Origin: a virus
Length of the DNA stretch: 64,000 bases
IMG/VR virus record: IMGVR_UViG_3300031576_000011
Span: 1 to 64,000 of that record
Reading direction: 5' to 3' (one strand)
Every line of letters starts with the position of its first letter. Within the stretch, counting starts at the first letter, position 1. A program made the translations under genes and the position numbers. Shown here in pieces: positions 46,075 to 55,872 of the stretch. The notes beneath the pieces were generated by a model that had not been told where the DNA came from, did not search any database, and saw only the letters and a list, made by a program, of their open reading frames with translations.

Positions 46075-47553
46075 ATGGCCACGACCCCGACGAATATCCC
46101 GCTCATCCCCGCGCCGACCGACTACACGGCTGCGGACTTCGACGCGTGCCTCGTCGCGGTCCAGAACGCCATGAGCACGGCGTTCCCCCAGTGGACGGAC
46201 TACAACCGGGCGGCCGCCGGGAACAACGTGCTCCGCGCCTTCTGCCACCTGGCCGACATCGTCACGAAGTATCAGAATGACCAGGGCCGGGAGGCCGGCT
46301 GGGCGACCGTCAAGCGCCGGAGGAACGCGATCGCGCTCGGGCGTGGGGTGGGGATCCGCCTGAAGGGCATCTCGGCCGCGACCGTCGATCTGACGTTCTC
46401 GATCCCGGCGGCGCTGACCCGGGACGTGCTGATCCCGCGCGGCACCCGGGTCTCCACGTCCGGGCAGGAGACGGCGCTCGAGTTCTTCACGACGGCGGAC
46501 GCGCGGATCCTCGCGGGGGCCACCAGCGTCATCGTGTCGGCCCGCAACGCGAAGCCGCGGGCGGAGACCCTGACCTCAACGGGACTACCGGACCAGCGTC
46601 TGCCCACCGCCTTCCTGGGCTTCGTCGAGGGCTCCGCCGTCGTAACGATCGCGAGCGACATCTGCGTGCCGGTGTCCAACTTCTTCGCCTCGGGGCCCAC
46701 CAGCAAGCACTACATGGTGCTCGTGGATGAGGAGGACCGCTTCTCGCCCCTGTTCGGGAACGGCACCAACGGCGCGGTCCCGGCGGTCGGGGACGTGGAC
46801 ATCGCCTACGAGACCGGCGGCGGGGCCGGCGGCAACGCGGGGGTCGGCACCATCGACGCGCTGGTCAGCACGCTGTTCGACACGGGGGGCAACGCGATCA
46901 ACGCGAGCGTCACCAACGTCTCGGCCGCCGCCGGCGGTTCGGACCGGGAGACGGTGGAGCAGGCGCGCCGCCGGGTTCCCGGCGCCATCCGCGCGCTCAC
47001 CCGCACGGTGGCGCGAGAGGACTTCGAGATCGTGGCGCTGGGCGTCCCAGGCGTCGCTCGGTCGATGATGCTGACGACCGACGAGGATGCCACGGTGCTG
47101 GACAACCACGGCCAGCTCGTGATCGTGCCGGTCGGGGGCGGGGCCCCGTCGACGACGCTCAAGGACCAGGTCAAGGCCGAGGTCACGACGGTGTTCCCGA
47201 CGATGCTGACGTTCAAGGTCGACATGACCGATCCGACCTACCTCACCGTGAACGTGTCGTGCCAGGTGAAGAAGCGGCCGAACTTCACGAACACCCAGGT
47301 CGAGGCGAACATCACCGCGGCGCTGACCGCGTTCTTCGCGATCCAAGACGCGGACGGAGCGCCGAACCCGGCCATCGACTTCGGTCAGAACCTGACCGAC
47401 GGACTGCTCGCGTGGTCCGACATCTTCGCGGCCGTGCGCGGGGCCACCGGGGTGCAGCGGGTGGAGGAAGACACCTTCGTGCCGGCGGACGACGTGGTGG
47501 TCACGAAGAAGCAGTTCCCGGTGCTCGGGACGGTCACGGTGACCTTCCTGTAG
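46075..47553 (+). CDS. Baseplate J-like protein
   Basis: DYTAADFD, PQWTDYN, FGNGTNGAVP, GGSDRET, RTVAREDFE. Confidence 0.9.
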   Translation: MATTPTNIPLIPAPTDYTAADFDACLVAVQNAMSTAFPQWTDYNRAAAGNNVLRAFCHLADIVTKYQNDQGREAGWATVKRRRNAIALGRGVGIRLKGISAATVDLTFSIPAALTRDVLIPRGTRVSTSGQETALEFFTTADARILAGATSVIVSARNAKPRAETLTSTGLPDQRLPTAFLGFVEGSAVVTIASDICVPVSNFFASGPTSKHYMVLVDEEDRFSPLFGNGTNGAVPAVGDVDIAYETGGGAGGNAGVGTIDALVSTLFDTGGNAINASVTNVSAAAGGSDRETVEQARRRVPGAIRALTRTVAREDFEIVALGVPGVARSMMLTTDEDATVLDNHGQLVIVPVGGGAPSTTLKDQVKAEVTTVFPTMLTFKVDMTDPTYLTVNVSCQVKKRPNFTNTQVEANITAALTAFFAIQDADGAPNPAIDFGQNLTDGLLAWSDIFAAVRGATGVQRVEEDTFVPADDVVVTKKQFPVLGTVTVTFL

Positions 47554-47562
47554 GAGGGCGAG

Positions 47563-47928
47563 ATGGCAGCGATCAAGAGCGCGGTGTCGATCTTCACGGC
47601 GCAGGCGCTGGCCGGCGACAGCGGCGTCACGACCTCCGGCTGGCTCAACCTCGACACCCGGTACGGCGGGATCGTCCAGGGGAAGGTCACGAACGGCGGC
47701 ACCACGCTCGGCAAGGGCGCGGTCATCCAGGCGCAGATCTCGCCCAACCAGGCGGCGGGGGCCGAGGCCGACTTCGAGTGCCGGCGCGTCATGGGCAAGG
47801 ACGCGTCCGAAGTCACGACGTTCGAGATTCGGATCCCGCCCGAGGTCCAGAACCTGCGGCTCAAGGTGAACCGCGGGGATGCGGCCGCCACGATCGACGC
47901 GATCTTCTCGAGGTTGGACGAGGTCTAG
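47563..47928 (+). CDS. Hypothetical virion protein
   Basis: AGGAGG RBS, 121 aa. Confidence 0.65.
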   Translation: MAAIKSAVSIFTAQALAGDSGVTTSGWLNLDTRYGGIVQGKVTNGGTTLGKGAVIQAQISPNQAAGAEADFECRRVMGKDASEVTTFEIRIPPEVQNLRLKVNRGDAAATIDAIFSRLDEV

Positions 47929-47931
47929 GCC

Positions 47932-48681
47932 ATGGCCGAGGTCTGCGAAAAGGACCCCTGCGACCCGAAGGCGGACCCGTCACTGGCGGTCGCGCTGCTC
48001 GCCAACGCCACGCCCGTGGCCACGGACACGGCGCCGGACGACTGCGAGCTCGACCGCGACTTCCGGATGCGGTCGCTGTTCCCCCGCCGGGTGATCGGGG
48101 ACGACGAGGACTCGCCCGAGCCCTTCATCAGCCGGTTCCTCGACGCGCTGGACGCGGAAGCCAACGCGATGTTCCACCGGGTGGACTGCTTCCCAACCAT
48201 CGCCGATCCCCTCCGGTGCCCGGCGCCCCTGCTCGATCAGTTGCTCTACCACCTGGGGAACCCCTTCATCCTGGAGGAGGGGATGCCCGCGGACCGGAAG
48301 CGCATGCTCGCGCTCTCGCTCTTCACGATCTACGCGCTGAAGGGCACGTGCTACGCCATCATCGGGGCCGTCCGGCTGATCTACCGGGTCGAGGTCACCG
48401 AGTGCGTGCAGCCCAACATCGAGTGCTGGATCCTGGGGATCGACACCCTCAACCAGACGGCGATCCTCTGTCCCAGCACCGCGGCCGGGCGGCGCTCGTT
48501 CTCGATCATGGTCCACAGGAACCTCACCGACACGGAGCGGGCCCAGATCCGGAACGTCGTGAACTACCTGAAGCCGGCGAACACGCACTTCATCCGGATC
48601 ATCGAGCCGGGATCGCCGGGACACGTGGCTCACTGGGTGCTGAGAAAATCAAAGCTTAATCTGAATGCTTTCCTCCATTAG
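47932..48681 (+). CDS. Baseplate/tail protein (P2 gpI-like)
   Basis: DPLRCPAPLLDQL, YALKGT, YLKPANT. Confidence 0.78.
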   Translation: MAEVCEKDPCDPKADPSLAVALLANATPVATDTAPDDCELDRDFRMRSLFPRRVIGDDEDSPEPFISRFLDALDAEANAMFHRVDCFPTIADPLRCPAPLLDQLLYHLGNPFILEEGMPADRKRMLALSLFTIYALKGTCYAIIGAVRLIYRVEVTECVQPNIECWILGIDTLNQTAILCPSTAAGRRSFSIMVHRNLTDTERAQIRNVVNYLKPANTHFIRIIEPGSPGHVAHWVLRKSKLNLNAFLH

Positions 48682-48776
48682 CGATCTGCTGGCCCTTTCT
48701 CCGCATGGCGCAGCTCCGCGAGCAACACGGAGCTGTGACGTCGCGTTTCGTAGGATTCATAGAAAGGCAAGACAAC

Positions 48777-50228
48777 ATGGCTGCCCGTAGGGACTATTTC
48801 ATATTCCAGGCTGTCACCGAAGCAGAACTGGACGCAGGGTTCGACGGTCTCGAGTTCGCCGAGTTCAACATCAAGGCCGACGCCTTCTCCGGATCGGCCG
48901 GGTTCATCATCGCCGGCGTGACCGTGACGCAGGCTGGGGTGCCGAACCAGACGGTCCTCGTCGGCTCGTGCCTGGCCTGGGACAACCTGGGACAGCGCGT
49001 CTTCAAGTCCACGACCGGGACGGTGTTCGACTTCTCGCCCGACGACGATCCGATCAACCCCCGGATCGCGCGGCTCTACATCAAGTTCGCGCGCGCGCTC
49101 TCCGATCCCCGCGTCGATGGGCTGGGCGCCACGGTGAACTTCGTGCGCGCGGAGTCGTTCGTGCTCGAGCGCGACCTGGGCGCCGCGGCGGCCGTTCCGG
49201 TCGCGCCGGCGCTCCGGATCGACGAGTCGATCCTGCTCGCCAACATCACGATCCCGGCGGCGGCCGGCGTGATCAACAACGCGCAGATCACCACGACGAT
49301 CCAGACCCTGAACTCGAAGTTCAAGGTCCGCCAGCTCTTCGGTGCGACCCAGGGCCTCGACGACGCGTTCATCGCGGCGGCCTCGGCCTCGCCGCTGCCC
49401 ACGACGGCGAACCGGGTGGCCCTGTTGTCGGACGTCCCGGCCGGGATCGCCGGGTTCATGGGCCAGAACAAGATCGTGACGACCGGGGTCTTGGCCATCG
49501 ACATCGAGCGGTTCGATGGCGTGGACCGCACGGCCGCGAAGCGGCTGCGGCTGCGGAACCGCTCGCTCACCCTCACCGGCGGAGCCGGAGCCGTGAACGA
49601 CAAGGACTACCCGGGCGCGATCGCGCCGTCGTCGTTCCACTACATCTACGCGATTGGCGACAGCACGCTCGTCAACCCCGATGCGTCGCTGGCCTCGCTC
49701 GCCAAGGGCGCGGGATTCGCGCCATTCACGAATCCCACCCTCCCGGCCGGATACGACCTCTACCGTCTGATCGGCGTGATGCTCACGAACGGCGCCGGCA
49801 CCGACATCTTGCCGTTCCGGCAGATCAACGGCGAGGTCATCTACGACGACTCGTTCCTGGCGAACGTCTACGCCGGCGGCCTGCCGCCGGCCGCCTTCAC
49901 CGCCCTCGCGCTTGGCGGATTCGTGCCCCCGATCGCCGAGCGGGCGATCGTCGGCGTGGCCATCACGTTCGCCACGTCGCAGAACGCGATCATGGAGTTC
50001 CGGTCGCTCGGCGGGCCGACCGTCGTCAACTACACGACCCTGTTCCGCGCCGGCGCGAACGACACCCTGGACGGCGCCGTGCTCGCCGCGGACTCCGACT
50101 GGGAGAAGCGCCTGCACGTGAGCCTCACGGGCGGGATCGAGTGGCGAACCGCAGCCGGGACCGTCGGGGCCCACGCCGTCCGGGTGGACGTCCGGGGATT
50201 CGTGCCAGACCTTCACTACGACGTCTAG
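48777..50228 (+). CDS. Putative tail fibre protein
   Basis: MAARRDYFIFQAVTEAELD; follows gpI-like gene; FHYIYAI, PTLPAGYDLYRLIG. Confidence 0.7.
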   Translation: MAARRDYFIFQAVTEAELDAGFDGLEFAEFNIKADAFSGSAGFIIAGVTVTQAGVPNQTVLVGSCLAWDNLGQRVFKSTTGTVFDFSPDDDPINPRIARLYIKFARALSDPRVDGLGATVNFVRAESFVLERDLGAAAAVPVAPALRIDESILLANITIPAAAGVINNAQITTTIQTLNSKFKVRQLFGATQGLDDAFIAAASASPLPTTANRVALLSDVPAGIAGFMGQNKIVTTGVLAIDIERFDGVDRTAAKRLRLRNRSLTLTGGAGAVNDKDYPGAIAPSSFHYIYAIGDSTLVNPDASLASLAKGAGFAPFTNPTLPAGYDLYRLIGVMLTNGAGTDILPFRQINGEVIYDDSFLANVYAGGLPPAAFTALALGGFVPPIAERAIVGVAITFATSQNAIMEFRSLGGPTVVNYTTLFRAGANDTLDGAVLAADSDWEKRLHVSLTGGIEWRTAAGTVGAHAVRVDVRGFVPDLHYDV

Positions 50229-50302
50229 CCTCGGCAGTTGCACGGGGCGCCGCAGGTGGTAGGATCTGAACCGGGTGGCCGCAGCCGCCCGTGGAGGTCG
50301 CG

Positions 50303-50671
50303 ATGGCGTTCAACGGCGGTGGGACGGCCCTGCTCGAGACCGACGAGGCCGTCCCAGTCAGGCTCTCGAAGGTGCTCTCGGCCCTCACGGCGGGGGCGAA
50401 GGTGCTGGTGGACGAGCAGCTCACGGGCCCGGCGACGCTCTTCGACCTGGCCCCGCATGTCGCGTCGATCGCGGCCCCCAAGCTCGGGCTGCTGGTCTGC
50501 GACGGCGACGGGGCGCGGCTCAAGTTCGACGGGGCCGCCGCCTTCACCGCGAAGGCGTTCAAGGTGTTCCTGTTCGAGCTCGCGGCGACGCCGTCCGGCG
50601 TCTTCGATCTCGAGCTCGAGATCCAGGGCGCGACCCAGCAGCGCGTCCAGTTCTTCGTCATCGGCGACTAG
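50303..50671 (+). CDS. Hypothetical protein
   Basis: GGAGG RBS then MAFNGG. Confidence 0.6.
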   Translation: MAFNGGGTALLETDEAVPVRLSKVLSALTAGAKVLVDEQLTGPATLFDLAPHVASIAAPKLGLLVCDGDGARLKFDGAAAFTAKAFKVFLFELAATPSGVFDLELEIQGATQQRVQFFVIGD

Positions 50672-50674
50672 GAC

Positions 50675-50986
50675 ATGCGTGCGCCCTCCTACGCCCTCGC
50701 GCTCCTTTCCGTGTTCCTGGCGGTCCCAGGATGCGGGAAGGCGCTCGTCGCCAAGGACCATCCCATCGCGGTCGCGGCGCACTCCAACACGGAGGATCTC
50801 CGTGGCATCCGCGCCGAGGTGGTTGGGTTGCTCCCGGAGGCGTCGCGTTCCACGTGGAACACTCGCCTGATCGCCTACGTCGTCCGGTCGCTCTCCATCG
50901 AGGCGGGGCTGGCCGGCGACACCGACTTCGACGTGCGCCGCGCGCTCACCGAAGAGCAGGGGAAGACGGATGCCGGAACTCGCTGA
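50675..50986 (+). CDS. Putative lipoprotein
   Basis: Signal peptide ending VPGC. Confidence 0.55.
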   Translation: MRAPSYALALLSVFLAVPGCGKALVAKDHPIAVAAHSNTEDLRGIRAEVVGLLPEASRSTWNTRLIAYVVRSLSIEAGLAGDTDFDVRRALTEEQGKTDAGTR

Positions 50987-51266
50987 GGTCATCGCCGACG
51001 CGAAGGACGTGCTCCGGGACGCCCGGATCACCCCGGAGGTTCTCGACTCCGCGCTCGACATCCTCGAGCTCGCCAAGACGCTCGCCGAGAAGGACGCGCT
51101 CGACATCACCGACCTCCTCAGCGGCGACCCGAAGGCCGACCGGGCGATCTTCGAGGCGGCGAAGGTGCAGGCCGAGATCGGGCGCTCGATCGACTGGAAG
51201 GCCGTGGGGAACCTCGCGTTCCAGGTTGCGGGCGCGCTGGCGAAGGTCGCCGCGGTGTTGGTGTAG
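50970..51266 (+). CDS. Hypothetical protein
   Basis: 98 aa ORF. Confidence 0.6.
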   Translation: MPELAEVIADAKDVLRDARITPEVLDSALDILELAKTLAEKDALDITDLLSGDPKADRAIFEAAKVQAEIGRSIDWKAVGNLAFQVAGALAKVAAVLV

Positions 51267-51274
51267 GAGGCGGA

Positions 51275-51526
51275 ATGAGCGATGCGACGCCAGCGACGGC
51301 GGCCCCAGGTGCGGTGGCCCGCAAGCGCAAGCCGTTCTGGCGGAGCCACAAGGTCTGGGCGGCGGCGCTCGCGGCCGCGGTCCCGATCCTGAACCGCCTG
51401 CTCAAGATCGAACTCTCGCCAACCGAGGTGGCCGAGGCCATGGCGCCGTTCCTGGCCCTGATCGGCGTCGAGGGGGGCGCCGACCTCGCCAAGGTCTGGC
51501 ACGAGGCGAAGCGGGCCAACGCGTAG
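51275..51526 (+). CDS. Holin-like membrane protein
   Basis: KPFWRSHKVWAAAL, two hydrophobic helices, AGGAGG RBS. Confidence 0.6.
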   Translation: MSDATPATAAPGAVARKRKPFWRSHKVWAAALAAAVPILNRLLKIELSPTEVAEAMAPFLALIGVEGGADLAKVWHEAKRANA

Positions 51527-51633
51527 TCCACCCGTCGGACCGGGAGGCACGATGCGGTCCCTGAACGACACGGAGACCCGGCTGCTGCTCGAAGTCTCCG
51601 CGTTGGCCGCCGAAACGCGGCTGAAGGTCGAGG

Positions 51634-51909
51634 ATGCCGGATCTCGAGCCGCTGCTCCTGTCGCTGCGGGACAACATCCTGTTCCTGAAGGACAGCCTGA
51701 CCGAGCGGGGCGACGCTCAGGGCAAGTTGATCGAGGGGCTGGCCGACTCGCAGGGGAAGCTCGCGGATCGCCTGCGAACGGTGGAGCTGGAGCAAGCACG
51801 CGAGTCTGGCGCCGGGTCGTCGCGCTCCTCCGCCTGGGCCGCCATCGCCACGGTGGTGGGCATCCTCCTGTCCCTGGTGCTCGGGGTGCTGGCCCTGGTC
51901 TTTAGGTAG
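51634..51909 (+). CDS. Coiled-coil protein with C-terminal TM helix (lysis-cassette-like)
   Basis: DRLRTVELEQ followed by a hydrophobic C-terminus. Confidence 0.55.
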   Translation: MPDLEPLLLSLRDNILFLKDSLTERGDAQGKLIEGLADSQGKLADRLRTVELEQARESGAGSSRSSAWAAIATVVGILLSLVLGVLALVFR

Positions 51910-52005
51910 GCGGCCACGGCGCGGAGGGCTGCCCACCTGGATCGGCTCCACGCGGCCTGGCAGGCCCGTGGCGGCTCAGAGGGCGACACGCCGGTCCCGG
52001 ATGGC

Positions 52006-52275
52006 TTGCCGCCCGTCGGGCAGGGCCCTGGGGGCCACAACCGGGCTGCCCGGTGGCTTCGGGCGCGCGGCTGGGTCGCGCTCAGGGATCTGGCGCTGGC
52101 CTGGAACGTGAACCGCCCCTGGCTCTGGCGACAGGCCAAGGCCGGGCGCATGCCGTACCTCCGGGTGGGCGAGCGCGCGATTTTCTTCGCGCCGAGCGAC
52201 GTCCAGAGGCACGCCGACAGACTTGCCGATCCCGGCATACGGGTTGCGGTAGACTCGGCGGAGGCTCGTCCATGA
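52006..52275 (+). CDS. Excisionase-like HTH protein
   Basis: LRDLALAWNV...KAGRMPYLRVGERAIFF; start uncertain. Confidence 0.55.
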   Translation: MPPVGQGPGGHNRAARWLRARGWVALRDLALAWNVNRPWLWRQAKAGRMPYLRVGERAIFFAPSDVQRHADRLADPGIRVAVDSAEARP

Positions 52276-52667
52276 GGCCGCACACGAAGCCGTACCTGGA
52301 AACCGCGATGGTACGCACCGGCCTGGGGGCCGTGGAGATCGCGGCGAAGGCCCAGATGCCACTCCGCACGCTCTACGACATCCGGACGCGGGTCTACCCG
52401 CTGCGTGCGCGCGGGCCCAACCGCGCATCCTTGCAGCGCTTGGCGGACGTTTTGCACATCGACCTCATGGTGTTGCTGCGCTGGATTGGCCTCGTGAAGC
52501 GCCGGAAGCCCAAGCCGAATCCGGACACGGCGTTGCCGCTAGTGGCAAGTCCATGTCCTGTGGCGCCGCCGCCGGTGGCGGCAAGCGAGTTGCCACTGGC
52601 GCCGGCCACGCAGACCGCCGCGTCCGGCAAAGACGGCACGGCTCATGCGACGTCGCAGGCGACATGA
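52272..52667 (+). CDS. XRE-like HTH regulator
   Basis: EIAAKAQMPLRTLYDI...PNRASLQRLADVL; GGAGG RBS. Confidence 0.65.
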   Translation: MRPHTKPYLETAMVRTGLGAVEIAAKAQMPLRTLYDIRTRVYPLRARGPNRASLQRLADVLHIDLMVLLRWIGLVKRRKPKPNPDTALPLVASPCPVAPPPVAASELPLAPATQTAASGKDGTAHATSQAT

Positions 52668-52789
52668 GACCTTGCGCGCATTGCGGGATCAGATTCTCGG
52701 CATGCAGGCCGTGGCTCGAAGGAGTCCAGCGGTACTGCATCTCGGTTGCGTGCAAGGCCATCAAGGGCCGGACCTGGAGGTTCGCGTGA
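52664..52789 (+). CDS. Small zinc-binding protein
   Basis: CAHC...YCISVAC; overlaps both neighbours. Confidence 0.45.
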   Translation: MRPCAHCGIRFSACRPWLEGVQRYCISVACKAIKGRTWRFA

Positions 52790-53937
52790 TCAGCGAGCTC
52801 ATTCCAAAGATTGCCGCCTGGGAGGCCAGCGAGGAGAAGAGGGGCCGCTGGCGGCCGCGGTGCTCCAACAGCGGGACCGAGCGATGCGTCCGCGCGGACG
52901 TCTACTCGGCCGCGGGTGAGTCTCCAGCCCCGCTCCCTGGTCGGGCCGCTCTCATATTTTCTGACGGAAATTGGGCGGAGGAGTTGGTCCTGGACTGGAT
53001 CCGGAAGACCGCCTTCCGTGTCCACTCGGAGCAGATGGTGGTCGAGCCACTCCTGGCGCCAGGCACGCACCACGGATACACCTGCGGCCAGAAGGGCTGC
53101 GGCCAGAAGGTCGGGGCCGACGTCGTCCACGGACACATCGACGGGATCGTCACTGACCCGATGGGCCAGGATTTCCTGCTCGAGATCAAGACCGCGAACC
53201 ACTTCACGTGGGGCCGCTGGGCGAGCGGGGCGGACGCGCCGTGGGACTACATCACGCAGGCATCGCTCTACGCGATCGGCATCCGGAAGGTCAGCTCGAA
53301 CGTCGATCGGGTCCTGATCGTGATCAAGAACAAGAACACCTCGCAGTTCCTCGAGTACGTCATCACCGTGCCGAAGGAACTGGACGGTGTCACCGTGATC
53401 GAGTCGGCACTCTTCACCGAGGGCGAGCACCCGGTGCCGTTCACGGTGGCCGCGCCGACGCGCGACCGGCTGATCCCGGCCGCGGTCGTCCGCTGGCAGG
53501 ACGTCGCGCGGTTGGCCGCGGCGAAGACGTTGCCGCCCCGGCCGTTCGTCTTCGGCTACTGGAGGTGCGACTACTGCCCGTTCTCGGGCACGTGCTGGAA
53601 GGGCTACGAGGAGGAGGCGGGCGCGGCCGGGGACGCCGAGGCGAAGCTGTTGTCGCCGGAGGTCCAGGCGATGGTGCTCACGTACGTCGATCTCCGCCGG
53701 CGCCACAGCGGGCTCGAGAAGGAGAAGGACGCGCTGAACGATCGGATCTGTGTCGCGATGGCCGCGGCCGGCATCCGTCACTCCCTCGTGCCTGGGCCCT
53801 CCGGGAATGTGGACGTGAAGCTTGAGATGAAGTCGCGGAAGAAGCTGGACGCCGATCTGATCCCGGAGGCGATCGCGAAGGCGGCGACGATCGAGAAGCC
53901 CTACGAGACGCTGACGGTGAAGGAGCGCAATCGATGA
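52786..53937 (+). CDS. Cas4/RecB-like PD-(D/E)XK exonuclease
   Basis: GHIDGIV, LLEIKT, YITQASLY, WRCDYCPFSGTC; GGAGG + GTG start. Confidence 0.85.
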   Translation: MISELIPKIAAWEASEEKRGRWRPRCSNSGTERCVRADVYSAAGESPAPLPGRAALIFSDGNWAEELVLDWIRKTAFRVHSEQMVVEPLLAPGTHHGYTCGQKGCGQKVGADVVHGHIDGIVTDPMGQDFLLEIKTANHFTWGRWASGADAPWDYITQASLYAIGIRKVSSNVDRVLIVIKNKNTSQFLEYVITVPKELDGVTVIESALFTEGEHPVPFTVAAPTRDRLIPAAVVRWQDVARLAAAKTLPPRPFVFGYWRCDYCPFSGTCWKGYEEEAGAAGDAEAKLLSPEVQAMVLTYVDLRRRHSGLEKEKDALNDRICVAMAAAGIRHSLVPGPSGNVDVKLEMKSRKKLDADLIPEAIAKAATIEKPYETLTVKERNR

Positions 53938-55160
53938 AGTTCACGAGCCTCAAGGGTGTGTCCGACCAGCGGCGGCTGCCGCGCCTCGGCAAGATCCGGC
54001 TGGGCCTGAAGGTCCGGCGCGGGAAGCAGGAGCGGTGCCAGCACGACGACAAGGGCTCCTGCTGGTTCTGCACCTACCCGAGGGAGGTCGACTACTTCGT
54101 CGTGCCGCCCGAGGTCGCGAAGGTGTATGGGCCGCAGCCGAAGAAGCTCGAGGTCATGCTCCCGGTCGAGGCCGTGGAGACGGTCCTCCCCGTGAGCCTC
54201 AAGGCGTACCGGGCGTCGGGCCTGGTGTGCGCGGGCAACGGGGAGATCGCGGTGCGGCGCGACGAGCACGGGGCCATGATCGAACGGACCTGTCCGTGCA
54301 ACTGGCTCCAGAAGCGGTCCAAGGAGAACCCCGAAGGCGGGCGATGCGCCCGGATGGGGGTCCTCAACGTGGTGCTGCACAAGGTCATGCTCGGCGGGGT
54401 CTATCAGATCGCGACGGGCTCGTGGAACTCGATCGTCGACTGCCTCTCCGGCATGGACTACATCCGGGCGATGCTCGGCAAGGTGTCGTGGGTGCCGCTC
54501 GTACTCGAGCGGGTGCCGACCGTGGTCCAGCACACCGAGGACGGCGGGGAGTCCCGGCAGCAGACCCACTACACGCTGCGCCTCACGTTCGAGGGCGGCA
54601 TCGACTTCGTGAACGAGATCCGCGCGGAGGCGAAGCGGATCCTGGCGGCGCCGCAGCCGACGTACCTGCTGCCGGCGCCGGACGTGGATCCGGTGTCGGA
54701 TCCCCCGGATCTCGAGGAGGCCGAGGGCCCGGTGCGCGAGGCCGAGGGCCCGGTGCGCGAGGCCGAATTCACGGAGCCGCCGGAGGCCAAGCCCGCGGCC
54801 GCGGGCGCGCCCCCCGCGCCGCCCGAGCAGCCGAAGCCGGCCCAACCGGCGGAGGCGAAGCCCGCGGCCAAGCCCGCGCCGAAGCCGGCGAAGCCGGCCG
54901 CGAAGGCGCACCCGCTCGATGCGCTGGCCAGCAAGGACGAGTGCCGCGCCCTCTGGCAGCGGCTCCGCGCACTCGCCCAGACCGAGCCCGAGGCGGTCGC
55001 GGCCTGGGAGTTCCTGCTGAAGGACTACTGCGGGGTCGACTCGTCCGAGGCGCTGCGGTCCGTGAAGGTCGGGTGGATCATGGCCGAGCTCGCCAAGCTC
55101 CGGAAGCCGGAGGATCTCGCGGGGTTCCTCGCGTCGTGCCGCGAGATGCTCAAGCTCTAG
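53934..55160 (+). CDS. Gp3-like (recombination directionality factor-like) putative recombination protein
   Basis: RLPRLGKIRLGLK, LVCAGNGE, CPC, GGVYQIATGSWNS; Pro/Ala-rich linker. Confidence 0.7.
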   Translation: MKFTSLKGVSDQRRLPRLGKIRLGLKVRRGKQERCQHDDKGSCWFCTYPREVDYFVVPPEVAKVYGPQPKKLEVMLPVEAVETVLPVSLKAYRASGLVCAGNGEIAVRRDEHGAMIERTCPCNWLQKRSKENPEGGRCARMGVLNVVLHKVMLGGVYQIATGSWNSIVDCLSGMDYIRAMLGKVSWVPLVLERVPTVVQHTEDGGESRQQTHYTLRLTFEGGIDFVNEIRAEAKRILAAPQPTYLLPAPDVDPVSDPPDLEEAEGPVREAEGPVREAEFTEPPEAKPAAAGAPPAPPEQPKPAQPAEAKPAAKPAPKPAKPAAKAHPLDALASKDECRALWQRLRALAQTEPEAVAAWEFLLKDYCGVDSSEALRSVKVGWIMAELAKLRKPEDLAGFLASCREMLKL

Positions 55161-55169
55161 GGATGCGTC

Positions 55170-55607
55170 GTGCCGCGCTGGATCCGCCTCCACTGCGACA
55201 TCGACCGCGAGCCCGAGTGTCGGGATCTCGACGGCGACGCGCTGCACCTGTACCTCACGCTCGTCCGGATCGCCGCCGACCGCATGGACCCTGACGGGTG
55301 GGTCGCGCCGAACCACTCGACCGTGAAGTACCTGGCCGGGCGCGCCAAGTGGAGCGGGCCGCCGGGCCCGGACGGGATGCCGGCGCCGAGCGACGAGACG
55401 TGCGAACGCGTGCGCCGAGCCTTCAACGCGCTGGCCGTCGCGGGACTGGCGAAGCGGATCGGCGTGGAGATCAAGGTGCTGGTGTTCGACCGATTCATCA
55501 ACCCGGATCTGCAGCGCGCGCGCGCGCGCAGGGAGCGAGCCGATGCCGACGCCTCCGCCCGAGTCCCAGGCCCCGAAGGACTACGTCCTGGTCCCGGTGG
55601 AGGTTGA
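55170..55607 (+). CDS. Hypothetical protein (replication-initiator N-terminal-like)
   Basis: MPRWIRLHCDI...L.GDALHLYLTL. Confidence 0.5.
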   Translation: MPRWIRLHCDIDREPECRDLDGDALHLYLTLVRIAADRMDPDGWVAPNHSTVKYLAGRAKWSGPPGPDGMPAPSDETCERVRRAFNALAVAGLAKRIGVEIKVLVFDRFINPDLQRARARRERADADASARVPGPEGLRPGPGGG

Positions 55608-55872
55608 CGAGGGCGAGGTCCGGATCGCGCCCGACAAGGTCGTGCCAGTCTCGCTGCGGGATCTTGAGCACGGCCTGGTCTTTGTGGGCGTGCCGGACCA
55701 CTTGTCGCCAGCGGAGCATCGGACGCTGATCGACGCGATCCACAAGGCCCGGACGGGGCCGGCGCAGTACGTCGTGGTCACGGAGTCCGACGCGCGGCGC
55801 TGGGGGGCGTGGCGGCTGGTGCCACGCGCGCGCTACGATGCGCTGCTGCGCGAGGAGCGGCCCACCCGATGA
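55543..55872 (+). CDS. Hypothetical protein
   Basis: 109 aa ORF coupled to the next gene. Confidence 0.55.
   Translation: MPTPPPESQAPKDYVLVPVEVDEGEVRIAPDKVVPVSLRDLEHGLVFVGVPDHLSPAEHRTLIDAIHKARTGPAQYVVVTESDARRWGAWRLVPRARYDALLREERPTR

Noticed and set aside
52786-53937. Cas4-like nuclease as the array's adaptation enzyme
   Set aside because: It is on the opposite strand, over 3 kb away and coupled to a recombination gene; an ordinary phage exonuclease context
54718-54765. 21-bp tandem duplication (EAEGPVR x2)
   Set aside because: A simple in-frame expansion in a low-complexity linker
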